Positions 40,491 to 53,193 of a stretch of 64,000 bases of DNA are shown one piece after another. Position numbers and translations under genes: made by a program. How positions within the stretch are numbered: the first letter of the stretch is position 1; the number at the start of each line of letters is the position of its first letter. The DNA comes from Octopus vulgaris (taxonomy: Eukaryota): NCBI GenBank assembly GCA_951406725.2, contig OX597814.1, positions 60,140,001-60,204,000 on the forward strand, given 5' to 3'. The notes beneath the pieces were generated by a model. That model was not told the origin of the DNA, did no database searches, and saw nothing but the letters and a program-made list of their open reading frames with translations.

Positions 40491-42202
40491 CATGTGTGTG
40501 TACGTGTGTGTATGTGTGTGTACGTGTGTGTATGTGTGTGTGCGCGTGTGTGTATGTGTGTGTGCGCGTGTGTGTTGGCTATGGGTTTTGGGCGATTTAC
40601 TGCTTCACATTCACTTTGCAGTTAAGTGTGTCCGTATACTTTTACAGGGGCAAATATGTGAACACTTATGTGCCCATTTGCATGTATGTATATGTATGTG
40701 CATGCACGAGTGTATTTTTATGACTCTAGTTCTTGTTTAGTGTATATTCATTAGTGAGTTGGGGTATGTTTTCGCGTATGCGTCTATGTATCTTTATGCT
40801 TTGTGAGTGATATGTTTACATATTTTTCATTGAGAGTGTTCCTTTAATTCGAAGCGATATAATGAGTTATTTAAGAACGAAAACTTCCTCTGGAATATCA
40901 ATAGTGTGTTCACCCTCAACCCTCTTCGCATACCATTTCTTATTTTCCATAGCTATTTTTCTTCTCCTTTTCCTATTCATCCCTCCGTTTGCTTCATTTC
41001 TTTCTTACACACATTTTCTCTTTTCACAAACTTAACATGAAACCGCTTTCTGGTTGAGAAGCACAAAATATATTTTAATTGGTTTACAATAAATTTTCTT
41101 TCAATGTCGGGTTGTAAATTCAACTCTTGTTTCTCATCAAAGTTTTTGTTTATTTCGGGTAATTGGCGTTTAGAACGTTTCGTTACACTTCATCATCATA
41201 AACTAATGCTGAAAATGTTGCCAAACATTTCTAACCATATTTCATTATCCGTCCGTCATTAATGTAAATGAGAAATGCCTTGGAGCTATTTGTGAGAATG
41301 CGCTTTGGTTTATGCATTTATTCATTTCTTTTCGACAGAAGTCGATCTCATCACAGTGGACCGGCAAACGTGTTGCACGGAATTCGACATTCCTTCATGA
41401 AATCCGTTTGCGCCTCTTTTAGGAACTAACCTGCTGCCAAATAGACATAGCAAAATAAACTCACTCCGTATTACCCGGTGCTACTGTTTTCTGCAACTGC
41501 ATCGAGAAGTTTATAACCACACAATTTAAAACAGACGAACTTACGACTCCGTTCTATCCATTAATCTTTCGACAATAACTCCAGTTAATACGGCAGAAAT
41601 ATGTTGATATTTTGTGCCCCTGCTAAATACATTATAGCACCATAACTACTTTAGCTATTGAAGTTGTGATTTGTGGTTCATGTTCACTTATGCGTTACGT
41701 ATTTCCCCGCAGCACTAATAACAGAAAACCAAATTGTCTCCAAAGTACACCCTTAACAGAATCCGAATCTCTACAGCATTTTTCATTCACACTGAATTAT
41801 GTCTTTGATTGTCATAGAGACATTTCGTCTACATTTTTCCTATTTTCGCCTTCGTTAGCAAGTTCTTACCAATCTTTGACCGCTTCAGAACCTTTCAGAT
41901 TGTCCATTCTCCTACCACATATCCATGTACAGCAAAACACACAAAAGCATCTAAAGAAACTACTAAGTCGAATCCCTTCGAGTTTCATGTGAAATATTCA
42001 TAAGAGAAAACTACTGACTACTCTTCAAAGATAATGAGAACTAGTAATTTAAATTGATGCATGCAGTGTGATTATATATTGTTTAATTAAACACATAACC
42101 TATTTACGCATTATACGCAAATCACGAGAGAAGATTTATGTTACTTCTGATAAGCTACTCATGGACATGATCACACACACACACTGACACACGCGCGCGC
42201 AT

Positions 42203-42271
<69 letters not shown>

Positions 42272-42285
42272 TACACACACACATA

Positions 42286-43127
42286 CGAGGTGGTATCAAA
42301 AGTTCCTGGACTAGTTCTGCAATGCGCCAGCAGAGGGCAGCAACGGTTGTGTGCACAATGAGAGCTACCAGTGAAATTTTCCTGAGGCTGTGTGCAGTCA
42401 GACATTGTTGAGTTTACTTCGGAAAAATGTGTAATTTGTGTTTATGTGATCAGGTGTATGCTGTAGTCAGCAATTATTGACATGGATCAGGCACTGAGCA
42501 GGCATCGTGAAGCTTACGGCGACGAAGCAATGGGTTGTACGCAAAGTTTCGACTGGCATGGGCACACGACAGGGCCGCTGCTCAATGAAAAGCATGTTCT
42601 TCGTCTTTTCCGACATCCACAGTATTATGCATGGTGAACTTGTCCCCCAGGACCAGATCGTCAATCGAAAATTCTGCTGCGACGTTTTAAAGCATTTAAA
42701 GGAGGACGTTCAGCGAAAATGACCAGATTTTTTGAGTGCAAAGAATTGGATTCTTCCGAGTGACAATGCGCCCTGTCACCGAGCTCTCCTTACATGAGAG
42801 TTTTTAACCAAAATCAACATGGTTTCGCTTCCACACCCGCCCTATTCGCCACATTTTGTACCTACGGACTTACATCACTTCCCCAAAATGAAAATGCAGC
42901 TCACAGGTCACCGTTTAAACACCATTGTCGAGATCGAGAGTGAATCGCTGATGGTCCTCAACTGGCGGAAAATAACTTCAAGGCCGGATTCCAAAAGTGA
43001 AAAGGACGCTGAGACTAGTGTATTGCTGCACAAGGTGACTCTTTCGAAGGAGAGGATGTTAAGACTTAGGTAAGTAAGTTATTTCTTATTAAACATAACT
43101 AGTCCAGGAACGTTTTATCCCATCTTA
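42286..43127 (+). mobile_element. Internally deleted mariner with both 30-bp TIRs and TA target duplication
   Basis: TIRs CGAGGTGGTATCAAAAGTTCCTGGACTAGT and ACTAGTCCAGGAACGTTTTATCCCATCTTA; DNAPCH and HPPYSPHFVPTD motifs. Confidence 0.9.
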
Positions 43128-44047
43128 TATATATATATTAAATTTAAATTATCAGCTGCCTGTGTCACTGAGAAATGAAGAGGAAACAATAATTTCTGAA
43201 ACAGGTACAATAAGACAATTTATGGTTCTTTGTTTACTTAAGATAAAGTTTATTTCTTCACACAACGATCGTAATTCTCCTGCTAAAGACGTTTTCAAAT
43301 AAATAACGGCGTATATTTCCATATTATACATGTTTCAGATATTATTATTGTCAAATAGATGTAAAGGTATGATTTATGCAATTGTGTTTTCTCACTTAAT
43401 TGCTCTGCATTCTTTTATTGCCGTCTTTGTCAAGTGAAAATATCCCACCGCTCTGGTGGAAATATCTTTACAATTGAATTGTGGGTAGAAAGTGAATAGC
43501 AAAAGATTAATGCTCTGTTTAGAGAAAATTAGAAATAATAGTTAGTAAAGCGACTGCGTGCATGAGTAACGAAAGGAGGAGTGTGAAGTGTATTCGTGGC
43601 CTAAATTGTAGGCAGTTAGCTATTTCGAAAGAACAAGGACCGTCGTAGTAACTATTGGCTAATCAGAATAACGAGACACTTGGTTTCTGTCCAGCAGATT
43701 GTAGGCTGGTGTGGTGACTTCTTGCTACTGATAATTTTGGTGGTCTTGACTCTTTGTATGTATAGTCATATATGCCATCGGAGGAAACTTTATTCCATTG
43801 TAGATTTCTTTGAGTTTGGTAGAGAGTCAGCAGGTAAGCAGAATCGAAGTATCTTTGCTTCGAACAGGAACACTAATTTTAGGATAAGAATTTTGTTATG
43901 TGATGCATGTGATATCGCCGAAAAAGATTATCAAAGATTACAAGAACAAATATTTATAGCAACTTAGACAGGTTTAAGTCTGGGTTATCTAAAACTAACA
44001 TGGGTGATATATGATGATAGATGATAGTATCTTGAGATCTGTTTGCA

Positions 44048-45328
44048 CAAGAGGGTGATGAAAAGTTCCCGCCTTTAAGAGTATCGCGAAATGGTAGAGC
44101 TATTAACTTTAAAGTTCCTGGTTTTAAGGGTATCGCGAAATGGTAGAGCTGTTACGTTTACAGTGGTGGTATGACAACTATTTAGAAGATATGCAAAAAG
44201 TCATGATATATACAATATATCTTTCTATCTTTTTTGCCGGTTTAATGCATAAGGGCAGCTGCTACAGTGGAATTTGTTAAAATGAAAGCACGGTAGGTCA
44301 TGAAGTTCGTCTTTTTGCAAGGCAAAGGAGCGACAGAAATTCATGGCGAGATGGCTGAAGTCTTGAAGGATGGCAGCCCATCAAACTCCACAGTGAAAAT
44401 CTGGATGTCAAAGATTTGGACAAGTCATTTCGAAGCTACATATGATACTCGCTCAGGATGGCCAACATCCGCGACCACAGAGGACAAAACTAACGCTGTG
44501 CATGTCATGATTCTTGAAGACAGCTGGATTTCAGCTAAAGTCGAAGCTGATACTTTGGGGATTTCATGCAAAAGAGTTGGCCACATCCTCCCCAACATTC
44601 TGGACATGAGAAAGCTTTCCGCAAAGTGAGTGCCGAAATGCCTGAACACAGATACCTGAACCAGAGTGATAATATCAAAGGCGATTTTAAGCCGTCTTGC
44701 AGCGGAGGAGTTTGATTAATTTTATGGCTCACTTAATCACCATGGATGAAATCTGGCTTCATCGTTATAGTCCCCATACCAAGTAGGAATCGTCGCGTCC
44801 CAAATTTTTCGAACCCAGAAGTCAACTGACAAGATTCTGGCCTCAGTATTCTGTGACAAAGATAGATTACTCCTCGTAGAATGCCTGCCAAAATGTCGCA
44901 CCATCAATGCAAAATATAACATGTATCTGCTGGACGAACTTCGTGAAACTTTTAAACAGAGAAACTCTGTGGAAAGCTGAGCTGTGGTGTCCTGTTTTTG
45001 TAGGACAATGCATCACCAAACACAGAATATGAAACTCTACGGAAATACGCGACTCTGGCTTTAAATCGGTAAACAACCCACCTTATGCTTCTGACTTGGG
45101 CCCCTCCGACTATCACCTCTTTCCACAACTGAAGAAACTTCTCCAGAGAACAAGATTTCAGTCCGATTTGGAACTGATCTCTGCTACAGATGCCTGTTTG
45201 AAGGCCCGACCTTCCGAGTTCTTAGAAAAAAATTGAAGGACCGTTGCAAAACGTGTGTGAATCTGAGAGTGGAATATGTTGAATAAACTCATTATTAACT
45301 AATTTTCAGGAACATTCGACACCACTCG
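44048..45328 (+). mobile_element. Near full-length (1.28 kb) degraded mariner
   Basis: N-terminal HTH ORF 44300-44629, LSAK*VPK (WVPK), ITMDEIW, PPYASDLGPSDYHLFPQLKK; degenerate TIRs; about 49-bp tandem duplication at 44062-44160. Confidence 0.9.
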
Positions 45329-45689
45329 TATACGCGTGCTGTCGAAATAGGAATGTTCGTTACATTTCACAAGATACTGTCCATGGAGCTAGTGCAGACT
45401 ACAAGATTGATGTGAGATGACTAGTTTTCATGTAAGTGATATAGGTGTTTGGAATGTTATGCAGACATGTAGAGGTATCATGTGCATAAGTGTGAGCGAT
45501 GTCAGAGAAAGTAACACGTATACCGTTAAGAAAGTGTTCCGAATAAAGCAGGGTTTTTATTCTTTTATTTCTCTGATTGCTTCAGTTTTCAGACTGCGAC
45601 CATGCCGGGGCACCACCATAGATGTTGAGAACGTTTTCGTAGAATGTTCTGATCAGCGCATAATGCGATGGATCAAACTCTAAAGGAAC

Positions 45690-46345
45690 TTCTAATTCAA
45701 GAAACAGGAAAAGTTAGGAACCCATAGATGATTTATCCAGACAAGTTATCCAAAGAGACTTTGCCAATATTAAAAGTAACCTTACAGTATTGCTATTACT
45801 GAACTACTCTAGGGTTTTTGATCATTGTACAAGTGGCAGTGAAGTCCGATTAGAGCCCAAGACAGCATCCTGGTGGTAACTGGTGGTGGAGACATTATCT
45901 GAGATTTGGCCTAGTTGGTTTGAAGACACCAGTGGTGTTTATGCATTTAACGCGTATTTTGAGTGACTGAAGGGGATTCTTATAGAATTTGTCACGTGCG
46001 TGTATTGTGGAGTCGAAAGTAAGGTGGGTTACAAACATGAAAGATTTCATTGCAAGAATACTGGATTGACAGATATATCAAGGTTGAAAAGTGGCGGGTA
46101 GCAGTATTCCCTCATACTCTGAATAGATTATTTTGCCAACAAGTCAGAAGTAAAGACTGACGTGTTAGAAGTAGAAGAGCTTGCATACTATCCAATTTTG
46201 AAATAATACTTTATTCTTAGGGTGGAATTCTTGCAAATATTGCACGTGGATAATAGCGACTCAGTTGGCAAAGATATGAGAGATTATGCATGTGATATAT
46301 GCCAAATTCTTTGGTTGTACTGCTTTGGAATACTTTGAATTAAAG
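45690..46345 (-). mobile_element. Possible very old LINE relic
   Basis: Coding-like composition and weak RT-like fragments (SVFTSDLL) on the minus strand; no clean motif. Confidence 0.3.
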
Positions 46346-47627
46346 ACTATTAATGCGTGGAGGTTATGAGAATTAGAAGAGGGGTTAATTGAATTCAGTT
46401 GTTGTCTGGTACTTTATATCATCAACCAAGTGATTGGCAAATTTATTCTCCATAAAAGTAAAATAATGTGCCAAGGAAATATTGGGTTAGATTTATTTAT
46501 TTATATGATTGCATCAAAATTTGTAATCACGTTGTGATTGATACTAAATTTATAATCTGTAGGAGATGATAATGGCTGATTAAGTGGAAAGGAAATCGAG
46601 AAAATTAAGAGAAATAACTGCAGAACAATATTTAATTCTACACTATTTCAACGATCTACGATATTCTAAAGTGCCATATAATTTAATCCCACCTAAGATA
46701 CAAAAACGGCATATAATTTAACTATCAAATAATTTTGTATGTGAAAGCATAATTTGCATTTGTCAAAAGCCGGTAAATATGTTCTTGGTATTAAATATAC
46801 TTTAGTATATAGAAACGTTTGATATGTTACATCGCTCTTCGTATTTATTCTGTCAAAAATTTGTGAGATTTTTACATATTTATAATGATCAGGGAATGTG
46901 GTAAGGGTTTCTTTTACCGAGGTATCATTGAAGTACTGACAAACTAGAGCACATATGTGATTATAAGGATAGACTGGAGATGTTTCCAATTTATTTCTCG
47001 AGGCCCAAGAGCCAGTTAAGCTCAGCACCACAAGCTAACAAATCACTTGACAATTTTACAGTGTACTCACTTGATAAAATAGCATATGCTGTCGGCCCAT
47101 TCTGTTGCTTTTCCCCCATATGGATGGACTGGGCTCTTGTAAATATAAGCGAATATATAAAATCAACGATATTTGGCTACTCTTATCAGTCGATCATACA
47201 CGTTTTTAAGAGTATAATTTATATTCTTAGATCTAAGGTATGAGCGAAAAATGAAATAGTAACTCTACTTTTGCCTCGTGGAGAACATACTAAGCGCGAA
47301 AACGGTAATGGAGCTGGCAAACTTTTACCTGCCGAAATTCTTGGATTTATTATCTCAATATTATCACTTATGCAGCAAATATAAATAGATTATATGTGTA
47401 TCCTTATATATATCAAATATTATGTCTGAAAGAGAAGTTTTAAATCATAATTTCTTCGAATAACATTCACAACTCTAAAAATGACCTTGTTGCTTTAACT
47501 TTATAAAATATACTTATATTTTATAATAATGAAAGCTACAAACATTGTGAAAGGAACATATTATTCAAGGTGACCCAGTATCTGATCCGCTGTGCTAACA
47601 ATTATAGAATATTTACATATTTATATA

Positions 47628-47784
47628 TAGGTGTATGTATGGTAAGAAGCTTGCTTCTCAACCACATGTTTCTGGATTCCATCCCACTGCGTAGAATCTT
47701 GGGCAAGTGTCTTCTACTATGGCATCGGACTGACCAAAGCATTGTGGGTGGATATGTTAGACGAAAAGCTGAAAGAAGTCCATC

Positions 47785-47829
<45 letters not shown>

Positions 47830-47977
47830 TGTATTATATTATATTATATTATATTAAGGACTTTACTACACGTAAATGACCTTAATATAATAAATGTATT
47901 TGAAGAGAATAATTATAAATTTTTCTCTTATATGGTTTTCATGCTGACTAATTGATACATTTTTATAGAGATTTTAT

Positions 47978-48063
<86 letters not shown>

Positions 48064-48522
48064 GTTGGTGCATAATTATTGCGGCTTTTTTTCAACAAAT
48101 TTTATTCAACAAAAACAATAATAACATGTAACAAAAACATTTTAAAATGATTACTCCGGAGCATATTCACCATCTACTTCCATTACTGCTTCCAATATGC
48201 TTGGCAGACGGTCAGACCCTCAGTTAAAGATGTTTTTGTTAACTATTGTTATTGCTTTTTTGAAAAAAACGCCTGAATAATTATGCACCAATCAAATATA
48301 TATTTATGTGAGTACGTCTTTGTGTCTGTGTTTGTTACCTACCATCGCTTGACAACCGATGTTGCTGTGTTTATGTCTTACGGGTTCGGCAAAAGAGACT
48401 GCTATACTACCGAGGCTTACAAAGAATAAGTCCTGGAGTCGATTTCTTCGACTAATTTTTTAGCGGTGCTCCAGCATGAACGTGGTCAAATGACCGAAAC
48501 TAGTAAAAGAATAAAAGAATAA
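47628..48522 (+). mobile_element. SINE family C split by insertions into its internal TA tract (head 47628-47790, tail 48305-48522)
   Basis: Both halves are collinear with 55463-55837. Confidence 0.85.
48060..48296 (-). mobile_element. Mariner-derived MITE (Hsmar1-like TIRs)
   Basis: TIRs TTGGGTTGGTGCATAATTATT and AATAATTATGCACCAATCAAA, TA flanks; keeps the transposase C-terminus DRLPSILEAVMEVDGEYAPE* on the minus strand. Confidence 0.88.
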
Positions 48523-49559
48523 CAGAAATTCCCCAGTGAAAATTATAAACATGAAACAACTGTGATTGTTGAAATTTTCTGCTTATGAATTCAATAATTA
48601 GATTTATTTTGCTACAGAATAGTTGACATACGTCAAAAACAATTATTTCTGATAATCTTGATATTCATAAGCTCATTGTGAACGAAATGCTTTATGAGAT
48701 AATCTCGAAATGTCCTTATTTTAAAAGTATTATTCATGATAGCGTATCTATATACTTACAAGTAAATGTTAACATTTATTTCCTTTATACGTCAAAGCGT
48801 TCATATTTGTGAAATATTTCATACACATTTTTGCATATCACTAAGGATACAATTTAATATAAAAACTAAATTTACATTATACTTACGAGATCATCCTTCA
48901 TAAGTCTGATATATTGGATTTCCAAATCACTATAATACCATATATGTACATGTAAATATACACTTACACACACCATACACATATACATTCACTCACCTAT
49001 ACCCATACATGTGCACATACACATATGTATATACTATTGTAATTCGGAGAGAATTAAGATTAAAGAAGAAAAAAGTTTATTACTTTACTTAAAGGATAAG
49101 AGGACGAAATATATCTCTCTTCGAACAGCAATGTGGGTATATCTTATTTCTCTAAAGTGAGCATTTTAAGTCTATGACTTTGTTATTGGTTACGTTTCTA
49201 ATATTAAAGTCTTCAAAAATATATATTTGCAGTCAAGCCGTGACAAAGTACGATTTTATTTATAACCGTTACGGCGTTAATCTTAATTATAAACGTTTCT
49301 TCACCGGAAAAATATTTTACATTCGTGAAGTACTAACTAGTTAGAACCCCATCGGTGAAGTGCTATCTACGTTAGAACCGCAACAACACATTTATGGCAA
49401 GGAAAACAAAAATAAGGGAATAATGCTTCGTACTTCACAGATGATTTAGTTTAGTCGTATGATCATCCTATCTTCCTTCAGAGAAAGGAATGTAGGATGA
49501 CAATTATATTTTTAAGATTACATTTCACTGGTAATGTAAAGGCAAACTCGATTATGCTA

Positions 49560-50300
49560 TTAAAGTGACTTAATGAAATGCTCACCGTGAGTTCTTCCAT
49601 CGAAAATCTTATCAATTATCTAAGTAGGACGATTTCTTGACCGTTTTTTAAGTACAATGATCTTCGAAAAGGCACCCATCTGTGTCTTGAAAACGAGTGG
49701 AATCGACTATAAGATAAAGTATATTTCCAACTGTAAGCGTTCTGAGAAAAATTATTTTGTCACTAAAGCTAGGTACTTTACAGAGAAAATCTATCAAAAT
49801 TAAATTGGAAACATTTCATAACTAGCTATAGATACAGAAATTATTCAATGGACATAGAATTAAATAAATTTTGAATGCACTCTTAATATGAAGTATATTG
49901 TAGCCATATGATTCCGATATCACTGAGACCGATTCTTTAAGTGGAGACAGCAGAAATGATTGCAGAGTGAATACTGTAATTAAGAGGCCAGTATATTCAA
50001 AGGACAAGTTAACAAATGTGAATCAGTGCAACACCTAAAACTACTTTATTGACTTAACCGAGAGGAAATTCAAAAATCGAATCATATCCCGATATTCCGA
50101 AACATTGAAAGGAAGAATGCAATAACGCATTCTAATAATGTCTATTGAAAGAAAATATATTTATTTATAAGATCATTTGGAAAATCATTGAGAACTCCTG
50201 GCTTCATTAAAATGACTGTAGTATATGTGACCTCTGCTCAGTCGTAAAAATGTAGGCCTGCAGATGAATTCCGAAGCTGGGCATAACCGACTTGAATTTG
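49560..50300 (+). mobile_element. Highly degraded Penelope-like relic
   Basis: YFIDLTERKFKNR..FRNIERKNA..IIWKII..ICDLCS parallels the 21395-21880 GIY-YIG pattern; left boundary uncertain. Confidence 0.5.
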
Positions 50301-50950
50301 TAATTATGCGAGTGAGTAGTAATGTGTGCTGTATATATGATCTCTCTCACTCTCACTCTCTCTCTCACTCTCTCTCTCTCTCTCTCTCTCTATCCCTCTC
50401 TCTCACGTTATATATCTCTGTCTCACTTCCACTGTTTCTCTCTTATTTTATTTTTCTGAATCTAACTCTGGAGATCAAAAGAATAGCGCTATTGCATCTG
50501 CACTTAATTTCTAGTGTTTAAGTCTATTACTTGAAGAATTTTAGTTTATAATATTGTGTTTCAAATAAAGATGAATGCTTTTCCATAAAATTACTAATTA
50601 ATTTGCTAATCCAAATGAAGAAATTGACCAAAATCTAATACTCATTAGATATTTGAAACTTGGAGAAATATATTGATTATTGATAGATATAACGTACAGC
50701 ATCAAAGAGATTATTTTCACAAAAGGAAATGATACGTGACAATGTACTAATTAAATAAATTAAGAGTTTTATATAATTTTCTTCTTGCATTTTTGTTCAA
50801 TATAAGATAATAAATATGAAGGAAATTACTTTGTTAATTAGAAATGTTGCCATATAAGCAGAGATCTTTCAAGAGATATTTCAAACACTATGCGAGCAAC
50901 AAGGGTTTCTAGCAACATATGATTGTCTCACTGCATATGAGGTGTATGTT

Positions 50951-51160
50951 TTCTTTTATCGTTTAATTGCTTCAGTCATTTGACGGCAGCCATGCTGTGA
51001 TACCGCCCAAAAGGGTTTTAATCCCAAATCTCCAGGGTTTCTTTTCTTTTTAGCCTGGTATTATTCTATCGGTTTCTTTTGCCTAACCGATATATTACGG
51101 AGAGGTAAACACACGAACAACGGTTGTTATGCGATACTGGGAAACAAACACAAACACAAG
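50951..51160 (-). mobile_element. SINE family C, 3' half
   Basis: TTCAGTCATTTGACGGCAGCCATGCTG..ATTCTATCGGTTTCTTTTGCC. Confidence 0.8.
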
Positions 51161-51268
51161 CATAGATACATACACACACACATACTTATATACTTTTGTT
51201 CACACATATACATATACATATACATATATATATATATGTATATGTATATGTGTATGTATATATATATC

Positions 51269-51299
<31 letters not shown>

Positions 51300-51433
51300 G
51301 AGCAAAATAATTGGAGATTCAGTATACACGTTGCCACCTATTGCCTCCCTTTGTCCACTTTCTAGACTCATTCTTATTTTTCAAGCATCCAAATTGGTGA
51401 GACCCCTTTGTCACAAGAATTGATTACTTCACA

Positions 51434-51479
51434 ATATCCCTTGAAAAGCTAATTTAGATAGCGAAAACCGGTTGGATAT
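51434..51479 (+). ncRNA. Degenerate minimal hammerhead motif with a UUGAAAA (U3-A8) core
   Basis: Stem I ATATCC/GGATAT, core TTGAAAA, stem II GCTA/TAGC, GAAA(A)C-CG-GTT with palindromic ACCGGT; two single-base register defects. Confidence 0.5.
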
Positions 51480-51601
51480 CACGACATCTTTAAAAGGAGT
51501 ATATATATATATATTTGAAAAAATTACTTATAAAAATATATTAAACTATGTGAAACGAAGGCATTTCACTTCCACTTTTTATGTTTTCCACATATTTTCA
51601 A

Positions 51602-51668
<67 letters not shown>

Positions 51669-51892
51669 GAAATATTAAAATTACTAAGTCTCTCTAAAGG
51701 AGATTACGGCAGCGTTACTGGATATTAATAGCTATCGCCATACTAATATGGCAGTCTAAATATAAGACTAAAGCTGTCGCTGATTCGCTCCAAGAGGCCA
51801 CCGCCTCTAGCTAGCTATATGACACACGAACCTGCGTCCATTACAACCTTCGAACTGGGGAGGTCACCCGCTTCACCTTGCTAGTCAGACAT

Positions 51893-51933
51893 CTGCAGAC
51901 ATGTTTCAGGGTTGTTGCCCTTTATCAATGCGG
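51893..51933 (-). ncRNA. Minimal type I hammerhead ribozyme, U3-A8 core variant
   Basis: Minus strand CCGCA-TTGATAA-AGGG caacaa CCCT-GAAAC-AT-GTC-TGCAG: stem I 4 of 5 pairs, perfect 4-bp stem II, palindromic ACATGT stem III, GUC cleavage triplet. Confidence 0.75.
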
Positions 51934-52387
51934 CGTAGTCAGAACCAGCAGGTGTTGCTACTGACCGCCGTCTGTTCGAAGATTTTATTTACCTAGTTAC
52001 AGTGGAATACATCCACTTGTTTTCAATAATAGAAATATTAAAATTAATAAGTCTCTCTAAGGGTGATTACGGCAGCGTTACTGGATATTAATAGTTATCG
52101 CCATACTAATATGGCAGTCTAAATATAAGACTAAAGCTGTCGCTGATTCGCTCCAAGAGGCCACCGCCTCTAGCTAGCTATATGACACACGAACCTGCGT
52201 CCATTACAACCTTCGAACAGGGGAGGTCAGCCGCTTCACCTTGCTAGTCAGACATCTGCAGACATGTTTCAGCGTTGTTGCCCTTTATCTATTATTGAAA
52301 ACAAGTGGATGTATTCCACTGAAACTAGGTAGATAAAATCTTCGAACAGACGGCGGTCAGTAGCGACACCTGCTGGTTCTGCCTAAG

Positions 52388-52428
52388 CTGCATTGATAAA
52401 GGGCAACAACACTGAAACATGTCTTCAG
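52388..52428 (+). ncRNA. Minimal type I hammerhead ribozyme, U3-A8 core variant (inverted copy)
   Basis: CTGCA-TTGATAA-AGGG caacaa CACT-GAAAC-AT-GTC-TTCAG; one mismatch each in stems I and II. Confidence 0.68.
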
Positions 52429-52591
52429 ATGTCTGACTAGCAAGGTGAAGCGGCTGACCTCCCCTGTTCGAAGGTTGTAATGGACGCAGGTTCGTGTGTC
52501 ATATAGCTAGCTAGAGGCGGTGGCCTCTTGAAGCTAATCAGCGACAGCTTTAGTCTTATATTTAGACTGCCATATTAGTATGGCGATAATA

Positions 52592-52641
<50 letters not shown>

Positions 52642-52644
<3 letters not shown>

Positions 52645-53031
52645 CGGACTTCTTTCAGTTGCTGTCTACCAAATCCACTCACTGAGATTTATTCGGCCCG
52701 AGACTATTCGAGAGCTGCTGAAAATTTTCTGATTTTACGGGTATCGCGAAAGGAATGTTTGGAGGCCCGACCTTCAGGGTCCTTCTACAGGGTTGAGAAA
52801 AACTGTAAGACCGCTGCACTGAGTGTGTGAATCTAAGAGGGGAATATGTTGAATAAAATAATAATTATCTGATCCACCTATATTTTCTTTCTCCCAAAGC
52901 CAGGGACATTTCCGCACCCTATCGCCCTCGTAGTAGAAGAAAGCTGCCAAAGCTGCCAAGCATTAGGACTGAACTCGGAACTATGTGGTCGAGAAGTAAG
53001 ATTTTTATATCACACAGTTACACCTGCGCCT
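52642..53031 (-). mobile_element. SINE family C, 5' half, interrupted by a mariner MITE
   Basis: CTTCTTTCAGTT..TCTACCAAATCCACTCAC on the left and CACACAGTTACACCTGCGCC on the right match the 55463-55625 head. Confidence 0.8.
52709..52930 (+). mobile_element. Mariner MITE, deletion derivative of the 44048-45328 family
   Basis: Shares 5' GGGTATCGCGAAA and 3' GGCCCGACCTTC..GTGTGTGAATCT..GGAATATGTTGAATAAA; ends CTCG followed by TA. Confidence 0.82.
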
Positions 53032-53193
53032 GCTAATTGGCGTTTAAATTTTTCTTCATTTCATCTTTGGGAAATGCTCTTTGGGAAAGCATGAGCATCA
53101 CCATATATTTATTCGCTGGCCTTAAAGTGTACAGTTTTCTTCAAGAGTGAGATAGGGAACGAGTAAATACTCCTTTTTTCAAATGGTTACTAC

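Larger units (their letters stand above)
51663..52598. mobile_element. 363-bp non-coding unit in a direct-plus-inverted array (Penelope pLTR / retrozyme-like)
   Basis: Copy 1 51663-52025, truncated copy 2 52026-52289, inverted copy 52288-52598; copies nearly identical; (TA)n on both flanks; each carries a complete or partial hammerhead motif. Confidence 0.88.

Noticed and set aside
43170-43212. ATGAAGA-GGAAA..TTTCT-GAAAC-AG-GTA hammerhead-like string
   Set aside because: C3 is lost and stem I does not pair; at most a decayed relic.
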